Source: Paramicrosporidium saccamoebae KSL3 (lineage: Eukaryota > Fungi > Cryptomycota). Taken from it: a stretch of DNA of 32,000 bases. Below are positions 9,564-20,185 of this stretch, one piece after another. Position 1 is the stretch's first letter. Each line of letters opens with the position of its first letter. Where the stretch lies: NCBI GenBank assembly GCA_002794465.1, contig MTSL01000178.1, forward strand, positions 154,990 to 186,989. Reading direction: 5' to 3'. The notes under the pieces are model-generated. The model was not told where the DNA came from. It saw only the letters and a program-made list of their open reading frames with translations, and searched no databases. Made by a program: the position numbers and the translations under genes.

Positions 9564-11837
9564 ATGACCTGCACACTGTATGTCCCCACCAAACTCGTGA
9601 CAAAAAACTCTGAGGCATTTGTATTCCAAGTGTTGTTAGCTGCATCTATCGCAAAGGTGTCTGTGGAGGTGGTGCTGGATGGCGCTGAGCACGCAGAAAA
9701 GCCTGCTGGATACCCGCTACCCATCCTGGTGGTTCGGGAGAACAACATCCCAACCGTCTATGTCAGTGGCAAGGCAGCTGTGCAAAAAATACTGGGAGAG
9801 GACTGCAACACACTAGACGGCCTCGTCTTGGAAGATGCCTACTGCAAGTTGGCTGCAGTAGTCTTGGAAGACGGACAGTTGGACGAGTCCCTATTCAAGG
9901 CTGTTGAGCTGACGACAAAAACCACCCAAGTGCTGGTTGCTGGCCTTGTTCGGGTCAGCGAGACAGTCCCCGAGACTGCCAGGCATTGGTACGATGGCTT
10001 CATTTCCCCGCATTCTGCCGCTCTAGCAGGAATTGACTGTCATTCGGCATCACGGACAGAACGGCGAGTCAAAGAGACGGTCTTGTTTGTAGAAGATGCC
10101 TCAGAAAAGAGGCTTCCCAAAAAGGATGGTCGAAATGTCATGATTACCGCAGCTCTCCCATATGTCAACAATGTTCCCCATCTCGGCAACATTATTGGAG
10201 CAGTATTAAGTGCAGACGTGTTTGCACGATATTGTCGTCTGCGTGGCTACCAAACATTGTACGTTTGCGGTACTGACGAGTATGGAACAGCTACTGAGAC
10301 CAAGGCGCTGGAGGAGGGTATTTCCTGTGCAGATCTATGTACAAAATACTTTAAGCTGCACGCGGGGATTTACGAATGGTTTGGCGTGAGCACTGACATT
10401 TTTGGTCGCTCTTCCACCCCCAAACAGACGGAGATTACACACGAAATCTTTAACGGCCTTTACAAGAATGGCTACTTTATTGAACAGTCAGTGGAGCAGA
10501 CGTACTGTGAAAAATGCACTCGATTCCTTGCAGACCGTTATGTGGAGGGCACCTGTCCACTTTGTGGCTACGGTGATGCCCGCGGAGACCAATGCGATGG
10601 ATGTGGTAAATTGGTAAATCCCACCGAGCTGAAGGATCCGCGTTGCAAGATTTGTCGTTCCACACCCGTTGTGCGTTCGTCTGACCATCTTTTCCTAGAT
10701 CTGACCAAATTGCAACCACAAATTGACGATTTTGTCAGCAGACAATCAGTGGCGGGTCGATGGGCTTCGAATTGCACGGCCATTTCCAAGGCTTGGCTAC
10801 ACGAGGGCCTTAAGCCACGTTGCATGACCCGTGATCTGCGCTGGGGAACTCCGGTGCCGGTGAAGGGATTCGAGGAAAAGGTCTTTTATGTCTGGTTCGA
10901 TGCCTGCTTTGGATACATTAGCATCACGGCCAACTACACGGACGACTGGCGTCAATGGTGGCAGAGTAACCAAGCCGACTCCCCCAAGGTGGAACTGTAC
11001 CAATTCATGGGCAAGGACAATGCACCTTTCCATGCAGTCATCTTCCCAGCAACCCTATTGGGCACTGTAAAACCCGATTCGGACGACACCTGTCCATGGA
11101 CCCTGGCCCATCATATCAATACCACTGAATATCTGAATTATGAGAGTGGCAAGTTTAGCAAGAGTCGAAGCATTGGAGTCTTTGGAAACGATGCCCGCGA
11201 CTCTGGCATTCCTGTGGCCGTCTGGCGCTACTATCTGCTTGCTCTCCGGCCCGAGGCCACTGATTCTGCCTTCTCTTGGGAAGAGTTTGGCACGCGCAAC
11301 AACACTGAGCTGCTCGCCAATCTCGGCAATTTTGTTAGTCGGATTACAAAATTTTCCGTGGCCAAGTATGACGGGATTGTCCCTGGGATCCAAGAACTCG
11401 CCAATGTTGATCAGAGCCTGATTGAACGTGTCAACGTAGAACTCCGTTCCTACATTGAGGCCATGGAGGGTGTGCATATCAAGTCGGCTTTGAAGACGGC
11501 CATGGCCATCAGCTCTCTGGGAAATGGCTATCTCACCGAAGCCGGTCTTGATAACCGTCTGCTCAAGGAACAGCCTGCCCGTTGCGCCACCATCATTACC
11601 ATCGCTCTGAATCTGGCCTATCTCCTGAGTGCCCTCCTGGATCCCTTCATCCCCACCTCTGCGGAGGATATTCGCAAAAACTTGAATGCGCCCGTGCGGA
11701 CCATACCCGAGAGCTTTGAAGTCGACGTTCTGCTGCAAGGACACCAACTGGGACAGCCCTTCCACTTGTTCACTAGACTGGATGAGGTACGGTTGGCGGA
11801 GCTGCGTGCCAAATTCTCAGGCAAACAAGTTAAATGA
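9564..11837 (+). CDS. MES1: Cytosolic methionyl-tRNA synthetase
   Basis: ITAALPYVNNVPHLGNIIG (HIGH), GTDEYG, zinc knuckles CEKC/CPLC/CDGC/CKIC, YVWFDA, KFSKS (KMSKS). Confidence 0.98.
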   Translation: MTCTLYVPTKLVTKNSEAFVFQVLLAASIAKVSVEVVLDGAEHAEKPAGYPLPILVVRENNIPTVYVSGKAAVQKILGEDCNTLDGLVLEDAYCKLAAVVLEDGQLDESLFKAVELTTKTTQVLVAGLVRVSETVPETARHWYDGFISPHSAALAGIDCHSASRTERRVKETVLFVEDASEKRLPKKDGRNVMITAALPYVNNVPHLGNIIGAVLSADVFARYCRLRGYQTLYVCGTDEYGTATETKALEEGISCADLCTKYFKLHAGIYEWFGVSTDIFGRSSTPKQTEITHEIFNGLYKNGYFIEQSVEQTYCEKCTRFLADRYVEGTCPLCGYGDARGDQCDGCGKLVNPTELKDPRCKICRSTPVVRSSDHLFLDLTKLQPQIDDFVSRQSVAGRWASNCTAISKAWLHEGLKPRCMTRDLRWGTPVPVKGFEEKVFYVWFDACFGYISITANYTDDWRQWWQSNQADSPKVELYQFMGKDNAPFHAVIFPATLLGTVKPDSDDTCPWTLAHHINTTEYLNYESGKFSKSRSIGVFGNDARDSGIPVAVWRYYLLALRPEATDSAFSWEEFGTRNNTELLANLGNFVSRITKFSVAKYDGIVPGIQELANVDQSLIERVNVELRSYIEAMEGVHIKSALKTAMAISSLGNGYLTEAGLDNRLLKEQPARCATIITIALNLAYLLSALLDPFIPTSAEDIRKNLNAPVRTIPESFEVDVLLQGHQLGQPFHLFTRLDEVRLAELRAKFSGKQVK

Positions 11838-12053
11838 AGTCGTAGAAATGCGTACAAACCTTGACAATAAATTGATTCATACCACAGTCGTGCATTATCT
11901 GTGAGGCTTATGTCTGTGATAATTGTGAGGCATGTGTCTATGGTTAGTATACTTGTGGGATTTATAGCAAGATTTGTTGATTATGGCGTTTGTAGTAATG
12001 CCGTTTTACCGCGGGATCCTCTCTTGAATTTTCCCTCTACACACATTCACTAC

Positions 12054-12183
12054 TTCTGGACTAATCCCAAACTGATTTCGAACTAATCCCAAACTGACTC
12101 TGAACTAATTTAAAACTGATTTCGAACTAATCCCAAACTGACTCTGAACTAATTTAAAACTGGTTCTGGACTAATCCCAAACT
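12054..12183. repeat. Minisatellite, about 5.5 x 22 bp
   Basis: ctaatcccaaactgatttcgaa / ctaatcccaaactgactctgaa / ctaatttaaaactg... units starting at 12061, 12083, 12105, 12127, 12149, 12171. Confidence 0.92.
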
Positions 12184-12217
12184 ACTTCCTCACCCACAAA
12201 TTTATTAAATGACAAGA

Positions 12218-13750
12218 TCATTGGGCCGACTCATCGCCAGACTTTAGAGCCGCATTCCTTTCGGCCTGCAGCGTACGGCACAGTTGCTCCAGTTTGGCCT
12301 TTTGCCCCCTTAGTGTCTCAAGGGCCGCATTCTGCTTCGTCCGCTCATCCGCCATTTCAATAATATTTCGACTCAACGTGGCGCATTTGCTATTCAGCTG
12401 GGCATTTTCGCGCTCGAGACGGGCAAGCTTGCCACCCATTGTTTCCATTTCGGCACGGAAGGTGCCAAAGAGATCGTTGCTCTTCCCGAGCGTCTCCTCC
12501 ACCTGACGGAACTTGTCTACATACTGACGCACCTGTGCCTTTAGTTCTTGTTCAGAACGCGTCAGCGCCGAGATGCGTCGGGTGCTATTTTCTAGGGAGG
12601 TCGTTTGCTTTGCCAGTTGGGTGGCCAGCAAGTCGGCTTTTTCTGTCGTGCAGAGGATGTCCACTTCACGCTGTCTAAGCTGCGCCCCAAAGTGCTCCTC
12701 CCTGGCATGGTAGAGCTCCGTCAAGGCGCTGATCCGATCAGAAAGTGTTGCAGAAGTTTCCTTTTCAAGAATTTCCTTTTCAGGAAGTGCGGGCAGAAGA
12801 AATTCCATTTTGATTTCGACACTGTGTTCGACTGGACGGACGCCTGTAGCAGCAGCGGCTGTAATGGCCGCCAACTCGTCTCGCCTGGCGCCCTCGGCCT
12901 TTATGCGACGATTTTCATTGTGAAGATCTCGACATAGTGACTCTAGACGGTGTTTGATGGCGTTGGCCTTGTCCAGCTCCATTTCTATGAGCTGACGCTG
13001 AATCCGTTCGTCCTGTGCAACCCTCGTGGCGGTATGCACCCGATGTCTCCAGTTCCGATCCTGTTTCACAAGCGTTGCAAATTTCTCCTTCAGGGCCTCC
13101 AACTTTAGCTTGCTTGCCAATTGGGGACTAGCAAGCACATTGAGGGCCGCATCCAGTTCGGCCTCCATTTTGGTCACCAGTTCATAGTCCACTGAAGAAG
13201 GCGGATGGACCTCTTTTTCGCCATCCAGCAAAACTTCCTCCACCTCCTCCTCTATCTCAAAACATTCACTGCCGCTCACCTCAAATTCAAAATCAACGCC
13301 ATCCTCAAATTCGTCGTCAAAGGCCTCTCCCTCTCCGGGGAATGCCAACGCACTGCGTTTTCCACGGATGACGCCGCCAAAGTAGCTTTTAGCAAGATTT
13401 GCCAATGACGAGGTTGGCGTTGATGTGGGTGCTGTTGCTCCATACAGCTGTTGTCGCACCTCACTGAGACGCTTTTTAAGCGACTGAAGAGAAAGCTCCG
13501 TCTTGGTGGCCGCGTTCATTGTGGTGGGGAACGGCTGTTCGCGTTGGAGAAGATATCGGTCCTGGTCTAGACGTTCCAGCTGTTGCTGAAGGGCCAGTAG
13601 ACGTGGCGAAAGTTCCTCCTCCAAGGTGGGCACCTCAGTCTCACCATCGAGCGACAGATTATCAAGGGCCGCAGGGAGACTGGGATGGGCGGCGGTGGGG
13701 GGAGCAGGCTGTGTGGTTGTCGTCTTTTTGCTCTTTTTCCCCTTTGCCAT
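12218..13750 (-). CDS. Taxilin-family coiled-coil protein
   Basis: KHRLESLCRDLHNENRRIK, YVDKFRQVEETLGKSNDLFGTFRAEMETM and KLEQLCRTLQAER are typical taxilin motifs. Confidence 0.9.
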   Translation of the reverse strand: MAKGKKSKKTTTTQPAPPTAAHPSLPAALDNLSLDGETEVPTLEEELSPRLLALQQQLERLDQDRYLLQREQPFPTTMNAATKTELSLQSLKKRLSEVRQQLYGATAPTSTPTSSLANLAKSYFGGVIRGKRSALAFPGEGEAFDDEFEDGVDFEFEVSGSECFEIEEEVEEVLLDGEKEVHPPSSVDYELVTKMEAELDAALNVLASPQLASKLKLEALKEKFATLVKQDRNWRHRVHTATRVAQDERIQRQLIEMELDKANAIKHRLESLCRDLHNENRRIKAEGARRDELAAITAAAATGVRPVEHSVEIKMEFLLPALPEKEILEKETSATLSDRISALTELYHAREEHFGAQLRQREVDILCTTEKADLLATQLAKQTTSLENSTRRISALTRSEQELKAQVRQYVDKFRQVEETLGKSNDLFGTFRAEMETMGGKLARLERENAQLNSKCATLSRNIIEMADERTKQNAALETLRGQKAKLEQLCRTLQAERNAALKSGDESAQ

Positions 13751-13888
13751 GTTCCTAGTAGGTGCGCTATAGTCGGTTCAAAGGTTCTAGTGATAGCGCA
13801 AAAAAGACCGGGGCTCGTCTCCCTGCACCGTGTTCTCTTGGGCCTACCACGGCCCTTCAGACACGGGAAATCTAGTTATTGTATATTA

Positions 13889-15366
13889 CTAAATAAGACA
13901 AGTCTTGATGTCTCTCGCATACACAGCTGCTTTCTGATCCGTAAGTGATGACAAGACTGGCCTGTGCTGATTGGTCAGCACCAGAGGCTGACTTGGGAAT
14001 ATCGTCGCAATTTGGTTGCCGAGTTCATGTTTTGCCAGCGCATTAATCTGCTCATGGACCCAGCTGGCGCCTTCGTAATCTGATTTAAACGTCTTCTTCC
14101 GCTTTGTGTAGGCACGGGCAATGTCGTGCATGGCTGGAGGCAAATATTTCACTGCCCGCTCTGAAATGTCGAGTACCATGACGGCGGCAGCGCCTGGCAT
14201 GAGCGTCTCTATTTTGGAAGCATCTGGACTGGGACGTACAAGGTCTTCAGCCACCCGGTCTGGGTCTAGGTCAGCAAGGACACCTATCGAGGGCGAGCAG
14301 TCGTTCTTGTAATCAATCCTCATGGCTGAGTCTACGTGTCCGGACATTAAATTCACCACTCCAACAGCGGAACGTAAAAATGATACAACACTCTCGTGGG
14401 TCTTTTTGGGTCTTTCACGTGACAATTTCAACAGAGTTGACTGAAAGTTGCGATGCACAGGGGGAAAGTGCTCTTTCATAAAGTGTTGTAAGAAGTCTTT
14501 GAATTTATGCACATCAATTTGATGACGTTCAACATTCATCATTTCTGCCGTCGTCTGCTTGCAATACGCAGGCCAGAGTGAGCTGTAGCTACCAAAGGGC
14601 ATGGCGGGCAAATAGTCATTACCTGAAAATGCAGTCAGTAAGGCGAAATCCAGCCGCCATTGCGCATCGGGTCGTCCCTGGGCCTGTTCCCGGAGTATCC
14701 GGGTGCAATGTTCCACGTCAAAGTTGCCAAAACGACTTTCGGGCTCCCAAGTTGGAAGCATTACGTGCATACGAGGAATACCATTGATGATGGACTGCAC
14801 ATAGGTATCACTGTCAAGTGCAACAATTGCCCGACTGACATTGGGGTTCGTGAGGGCGGACTGGCGAATTTCTTCAAACATTTTAAACTCGCCCTCGCCA
14901 GGACAGGATGCGCCACTGATGATGACTTTGGGAGAACGGGTGATGCCATCCAGGACAAGTCCCTTGATGAACTCTTCGAATCGGGTCATGAAGATGCAGC
15001 CCGGAGTGAATTGCTGGGAATCAAAATTACCGGTTCGCTTTGCTGACCAGGCATTGTCGACACGCCGTTTCCGTTGCTCGTCTAGCTTGGAAAACGATGC
15101 TGGCCCATCGAGGGTCAAGTAGAGTGTCTGCTCCGGGTGGTAGATTCGTGTCATGGCCTTTAATTTGGCACTGACATGTCGATACAGGGCTTGCTCATTG
15201 CGGACGACTCGTGCGCTTGAATGAAGCAAGGAATTGAGGTCTACATACACTTCGTCAAATGAATTCCTAAAATGATGACGTCATACAGCGGATACTTTGG
15301 CTCGGGGCGAGTAAAGGCGGCCTTGTAGGTTCCCTTCAGCCATTTGGTGAAGCCTCTCACTCCCAT
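13889..15366 (-). CDS. Compact XRN-family 5'-3' exoribonuclease
   Basis: ATG at 15366, 29-nt intron 15267-15295, giving MGVRGFTKWL...FDEVYVDLNSLLH. Further motifs LDGPASFSKLDEQRKRR, FDSQQFTPG, PGEGEFK, LDSD and GNDYLP; about 480 aa. Confidence 0.88.
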
Positions 15367-15456
15367 TGGCTGGTATCCTTTCCGAGGACCTTCCTTAGAT
15401 GGAAGATATCTGTAACGTCAAATATTAAGGTTGGCTGCACTCTCTCAACTCTCAGC

Positions 15457-16281
15457 ATGTCGATTACGCTCAGTGGAACTCCCACTAACGACGCTATAGC
15501 CCGACTGGCCGCGTGTCTGACAAAGCTGCAGGAACAAATGGAACGAATGGCACAGATGCAGTCCGAGTCGACCCTGATGGTCAGTCGACTAAGCGGGGCA
15601 GTATTGAGACTTTCTCAAGAGATGGCTGATGGTAAGAATCGCATAGCTGGCCTGGAGGAACGACAAAAGAAGAGACGGAAGACGGACGGACTGCTGATTC
15701 CCAGTTTTGGTTTTGATAATCCCTCGTTGACTCCGACCATCAATCCCACCAGTCTGGCGGCGGATGTGAATGACATTCTGGGCCCACTGGTGCCAAGGAC
15801 GGCACGGGTTTTGGTGGTGGAGGATGATGTTGCCTATCAGTGGCTCGTCAGCAAGAATCTGGAGGCTAAAGGCTTAAATTGCACGCTGGCCCAGACTGCC
15901 GAAGAGGCGCTCATGTTTCTACAACACGCCTCCTTTGATCTGATCTTGATGGACATTTACCTGCCGGGTGGAATCAGCGGTCTAGATACGGCACGTCGCA
16001 TTCGAGCATTCGACTCTGTCACGCCGATTGTCAGCATGACCTCTGCCACTACTCCCCGTCAGATTGCATCCTATTTGGCAGGCGGAATGAATGATGTCCT
16101 TCCTAAACCCTTCTCCAAGGACGGTCTGCTGGGTCTGGTGTCACGGTTCTGTGCGTTGGATCTGGGTGAAAAGGGAAAGGGTCCGATTGAAGAGATTTTC
16201 TCCGATGACATTTTGGATGATGTGGGCACTTCTAGTTCTAGTGGCCGAGGAAGTACCTTTATGTTTGGGCCGCACTTGTAA
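15457..16281 (+). CDS. Response regulator with Skn7/Prr1-type receiver domain and N-terminal coiled coil
   Basis: VLVVEDD, DLILMDI (phospho-Asp), IRAFDSVTPIVSMT and GMNDVLPKPF closely resemble the Skn7 receiver; basic KKRRK patch. Confidence 0.88.
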   Translation: MSITLSGTPTNDAIARLAACLTKLQEQMERMAQMQSESTLMVSRLSGAVLRLSQEMADGKNRIAGLEERQKKRRKTDGLLIPSFGFDNPSLTPTINPTSLAADVNDILGPLVPRTARVLVVEDDVAYQWLVSKNLEAKGLNCTLAQTAEEALMFLQHASFDLILMDIYLPGGISGLDTARRIRAFDSVTPIVSMTSATTPRQIASYLAGGMNDVLPKPFSKDGLLGLVSRFCALDLGEKGKGPIEEIFSDDILDDVGTSSSSGRGSTFMFGPHL

Positions 16282-16555
16282 AAACTGGCGTCGCATGTAT
16301 GATACTAGCGTTAATAAACCGAGTGATCACACTAGTGCGTGATAAACAATTCGCGTCTAAGGAATGTGAGACATGGCTAAGCAGTTTGAATTTAGAGGAT
16401 TATTTAGTGCATTCTCAAATGAAATAGGCCACTCATCAATGCATTTTACCCCACAAAAACACATGTGATAGTAGTTCCTGTGTACAAGTGCCTGTGTATA
16501 GTGCCCCTTTCCTTACATCACACTTGGGGAGACCAGGGCATCAGGAATTATCAAA

Positions 16556-16810
16556 ATGCCAGCGACAGTGAACAAACGGAAATATAACCACCAGAAAGCA
16601 CATCGTGCGCACTCTCGCACAGCAAAGCGCACAAACCCGACTACTCGCACAGCCACACCGCATACCACTCACCAGCGCAAAAGTCTTGCCAGCAACCCGC
16701 GCGCACGTCTGGACCTTTCCAAGAAGCAGCAAAAAAAGCTAGAGAAGCGTGCTTGGATCGCCAGTAAATTAGACGGGGTAGAGGAGGGAAATGCGATGAT
16801 GCTCGAATAA
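16556..16810 (+). CDS. Small basic protein, possibly Alb1/C11orf98-like ribosome biogenesis factor
   Basis: 84 aa, K/R-rich. SNPRARLDLSKKQQKKLEKR resembles the ANITLSxKKxxKL motif as recalled; not searched. Confidence 0.45.
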   Translation: MPATVNKRKYNHQKAHRAHSRTAKRTNPTTRTATPHTTHQRKSLASNPRARLDLSKKQQKKLEKRAWIASKLDGVEEGNAMMLE

Positions 16811-16846
16811 AGAGGGCTTTATTTGTCTCGTTTCTTAAGAGCGTTC

Positions 16847-16924
16847 TATTGGCCTCTTAGTGATGTACTATTGGTCTCTTAGTGGTGTACTATTGGCCTC
16901 TTAGTGGTGTACTATTGGTCTTTT
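16847..16924. repeat. Minisatellite, about 3.5 x 22 bp
   Basis: tattggcctcttagtgatgtac units at 16847, 16869, 16891 and a partial copy at 16913. Confidence 0.92.
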
Positions 16925-16996
16925 GAGAGTGCTTTATTGGCTTGGTAGTGATGGACCAATACGATGCAGATCTGGAAGCTGATGATGCAGGGTGGA

Positions 16997-17315
16997 ATGC
17001 AAGGCATAGTATTCTGCTTAGCGGTGGGTGTAATGCTGGTTGGGGTAAAGAGTAGACAAGTCACTGAACGAGATCTCAACATGGTTCGTCATATAATCAA
17101 TATTATGCGTGGGATGCCGCAAGAGTCCTCCAGCATAATCACCAACCAACCCATTAATACTGCTGAATTGGAACAGACCTTGAAGAATGCGACAATCAAC
17201 ACGGCACCGGCCCTGGATGAGGACCAAGCTGACAATGTATGATATAGTGGATTGATCAGCTGGATAGTTGGGGTTCTATTTGTGTGGTCAAGTGAAAGAT
17301 TGGTATCGATACTAA
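16997..17315 (+). CDS. Small putative secreted protein of unknown function
   Basis: MQGIVFCLAVGVMLVGVKS signal-peptide-like start (an upstream ATG at 16964 is also possible). Probable 31-nt intron 17237-17267 (GTATGA...TAG) extends the ORF to LGFYLCGQVKDWYRY*. Confidence 0.4.
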
Positions 17316-17512
17316 TGTCGGATTGTTACTACGTCGTTTGTGAGACTAAAAGTGGGTCCTTGAATGAGCAGTGAAACAGGGAACGAACTCTCTTCCTGTT
17401 TCTTCCCACTACGCAGCAAATGTACAATCTAGTCTGCAAAAACGATTCATCTTATGAGATAGCATATGCCAGGTCAAGATTTTGTGTATTATTTCCAATT
17501 TTCTATTAATAA

Positions 17513-19267
17513 ATGCATCGGGTAAACGTCAAGTCTCCATATATCCCTGGCCTGTTATATACAAACTCACAAATGGATCGTTTCTTGGCTGCTGTGGTGG
17601 GGCAGCTTCCTGGGTCCGGAGTTCGTGTCAGAAGACAGGCCAGCGTTTTTGGAAGGTTTCTCGAACAGCTACTGGGACTAGAGTATGTTGATGTATCTAG
17701 CCGGGCTGGGGCTGATGTATAGGATGAAGAAGAGTTAATTAGGGAGACTATTAATGACGCTCTGGAGACTATGGGCAAGGAGGACCATCTGATAAAGGAT
17801 CCGGCTTTAGGACATTTGCGCGGACTGGTGCTGACTATTGTCTATATCTCTATTATTGCACCCGAGCTTATTCCAAAGCATTCCATGGCGGACATTGTGG
17901 GCGGCCGAGTGGCATTGCTCGCGGGCTCCAGATTGTCGGGGAATGTGCTGACTTACTTTACTGCCATGGGGGCGCTAAGTGGGTACTTGGACACTGAGCC
18001 AATGTTGATTTACGGAAACCTGATCCAAAAAGTACAACCGCCACTAGCTGGGTGTGCCACTATTTAGATGCTAAAATCTGCGAAGCCGATAGTGCTGATT
18101 GAAGGGCTGAAAGCAACGAAAAGTCACATTGATCCTATGATTGTAAGCTTGACATTGGAACCGACACTGCGTTTGTTGCGTCACGGAGAGAGTGCAGTTC
18201 GTGCAAATGCCTGGAAGACATTGGCGGCAATAATTAAATACGATGACAGTCTCCTCAACGAGACACAGAGAAAAGGGATGAATGCTGTATTTATCGGGGA
18301 AGCAAGCCTTGACGTGGTTGAATCAGCATTGCCAATCATCACATGTGATGAGACCACGATGGAATACTTGAAAGAATTGCAGAGTGAAATGATCAAGGAG
18401 GGATTATGCCCCTTTCATCCAGTTCTATTCAGAAGACTGCTGAGGGTCCAAGAGTTGTGGAGTGATCTGATTATAGAGAGACTGTTGAGTCAATTCCAGC
18501 CCACCCTCGCATGGTGTTCCATATTAATCGACTTGCAGGCTAACAGGCTTCTCCCAAGGAAACTAGACATAGTATCCGAATTGATTAGCGCTGATGATGT
18601 AAATGTTTTGTATGGAGGGCTGAGATTGCTGCTAATGATGACTGCGACACTAGGAGAAGATATCCTCATGCTTCAACGAGAACTAGGACTTTTAGTTGGA
18701 CATGAAGATGTACAGATCCGTCTGGTCGTCTTGAAAATCTTTTTCGCTATTGCCAATGCAGAAAATTGGAGCAAGATCAGCAGCCTTGCACTTGACCAGA
18801 TCAAATATCCGTGCCCTGCCCAAGACCACGCTGCAAATATGTTGATTACTGAACTCGCGTTGAACACGGCTACGCAGTATGGAGGGGGATCAACCTTGGA
18901 GTGGATTTGCAGAATCTTGTCACTGGTTCCAGAAAGGGCTTCAGAGGATGACATTAAGAGATTGTCCATCCCAAAATTAGACTATCCGGTTGAAATCAGA
19001 TTGAGCAGGACTGGGATTCTATTGGGGTTAGAGGCAGTTCAGGATAATCCAGAATATAATCTGCGAAAGAGGCTAATATTAGCAGAGTCTGTGGACGATA
19101 CTGGGGAACCTGATGATATTCACGTTGAATTTGATCAGGACATTTTCGGATCAATGGCGCAGCCTACTGTATCGAGTTCCAGTAGTCCAAAGATTTCTCC
19201 AGCATCACCCAACTACCCACCAGAGCTGATAATGGATATTTTTGCGTCAATACAGAGGGCCCAGTGA
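17513..19267 (+). CDS. Leucine-rich alpha-helical (ARM/HEAT-like) protein, three exons, family unassigned
   Basis: Introns 17693-17722 (GTATCT..GCTGAT..TAG) and 18032-18067 (GTACAA..TAG) join ORFs 17513, 17771 and 18068 in frame. ESAVRANAWKTLAAII and HEDVQIRLVVLKIF are HEAT-like segments. Confidence 0.65.
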
Positions 19268-19334
19268 CGAGACGCTATTTTACTGCCTTAGCGCAATTGG
19301 GTTTAAAATATATCTAACAATTATTGTTATCCGC

Positions 19335-19916
19335 ATGGCACCGTACAGGTTCGCCGTGATATGCGCCAGTAACCAAAACCGAAGCATGGAAGCCCATCAA
19401 GTGCTCAGCAAGAAGGGCTTTAATATTGAGTCATACGGAACCAATTCAATGATTAAAGTACCTGGCCCCACGGCCGACCGCCCCAACGCCTACCCGTTCG
19501 GCACGAGCTATGAGCAAATCTACGCAGACCTCAAGACAAAAGACTCTACCCTGTACACACAAAACGGCCTCCTTATGTTGCTTGACCGAAACCGACGCAT
19601 AAAGCCCGCCCCGCAGCGCTTCCAAGACTCTACAGCGCCATACGATATTATTATAACTTGTGAGGAGCGTTGCTTCGACCTGGTGGCAGAAGAGCTGGCA
19701 CACAGGGCAGGACGCGGAAATAGGCCGTGCCATGTGGTAAATTTTGATATTAAAGACACGCCAGAGGACGCGACGGTGGGAGCGAGGGCTATTTTGCAGC
19801 TGGCACAGCAACTGCAAGAATGCACCGATCTAGACGGAGAGATTGAGGGGATCCTTGCTGAATATATAACTTTAAAAGCATCTCATCCCATAATGTACAC
19901 AGTCCAGTTCTACTAA
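19335..19916 (+). CDS. SSU72: RNA polymerase II CTD phosphatase Ssu72
   Basis: ATG 19335. CASNQNRSMEAH (CX5R), SYGTNSMIKVPGP, TCEERCFD, DIKDTPEDA. Confidence 0.97.
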   Translation: MAPYRFAVICASNQNRSMEAHQVLSKKGFNIESYGTNSMIKVPGPTADRPNAYPFGTSYEQIYADLKTKDSTLYTQNGLLMLLDRNRRIKPAPQRFQDSTAPYDIIITCEERCFDLVAEELAHRAGRGNRPCHVVNFDIKDTPEDATVGARAILQLAQQLQECTDLDGEIEGILAEYITLKASHPIMYTVQFY

Positions 19917-20185
19917 AATCAAACCAAAGACGAATTAAAGCTTGTATACGATACGACTGTAATGTCACGGTAGTGGAGAAGATGCTAGAACATGGTTAAT
20001 GTCAATCTTTCCGCTCCTCGTCTCGCATTCCGTGTTTCTGACTTTTCGTTACACATTTGATCCACCACATATCATCCGGTTAGCCATTACACTATTTTAC
20101 AATACTCGAACCGTGGGATTTGTAGAGATTCCTAGTTGTAGATGTATATGCTTATAAAGATTAAATAATTTATCATAAAATCATC

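Noticed and set aside
11901-12086. 61-aa ORF between MetRS and taxilin
   Set aside because: GTG start, runs into a minisatellite, and has no recognisable motif.
13763-13800. 8-bp inverted repeat TGCGCTAT...ATAGCGCA upstream of taxilin
   Set aside because: A short stem with a 22-nt loop can occur by chance; no supporting features.
17240-17374. In-frame TGA read-through (possible Sec) in the small secreted ORF, prompted by SepSecS
   Set aside because: The TGA lies within a GTATGA donor of a plausible 31-nt intron; there is no redox-motif context and no recognisable SECIS downstream.
20060-20125. GGTTCGAGT B-box-like motif on the minus strand suggesting a tRNA
   Set aside because: No cloverleaf can be folded and the A-box-like motif lies on the wrong side. 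No tRNA, including tRNA-Sec, was found in the window.
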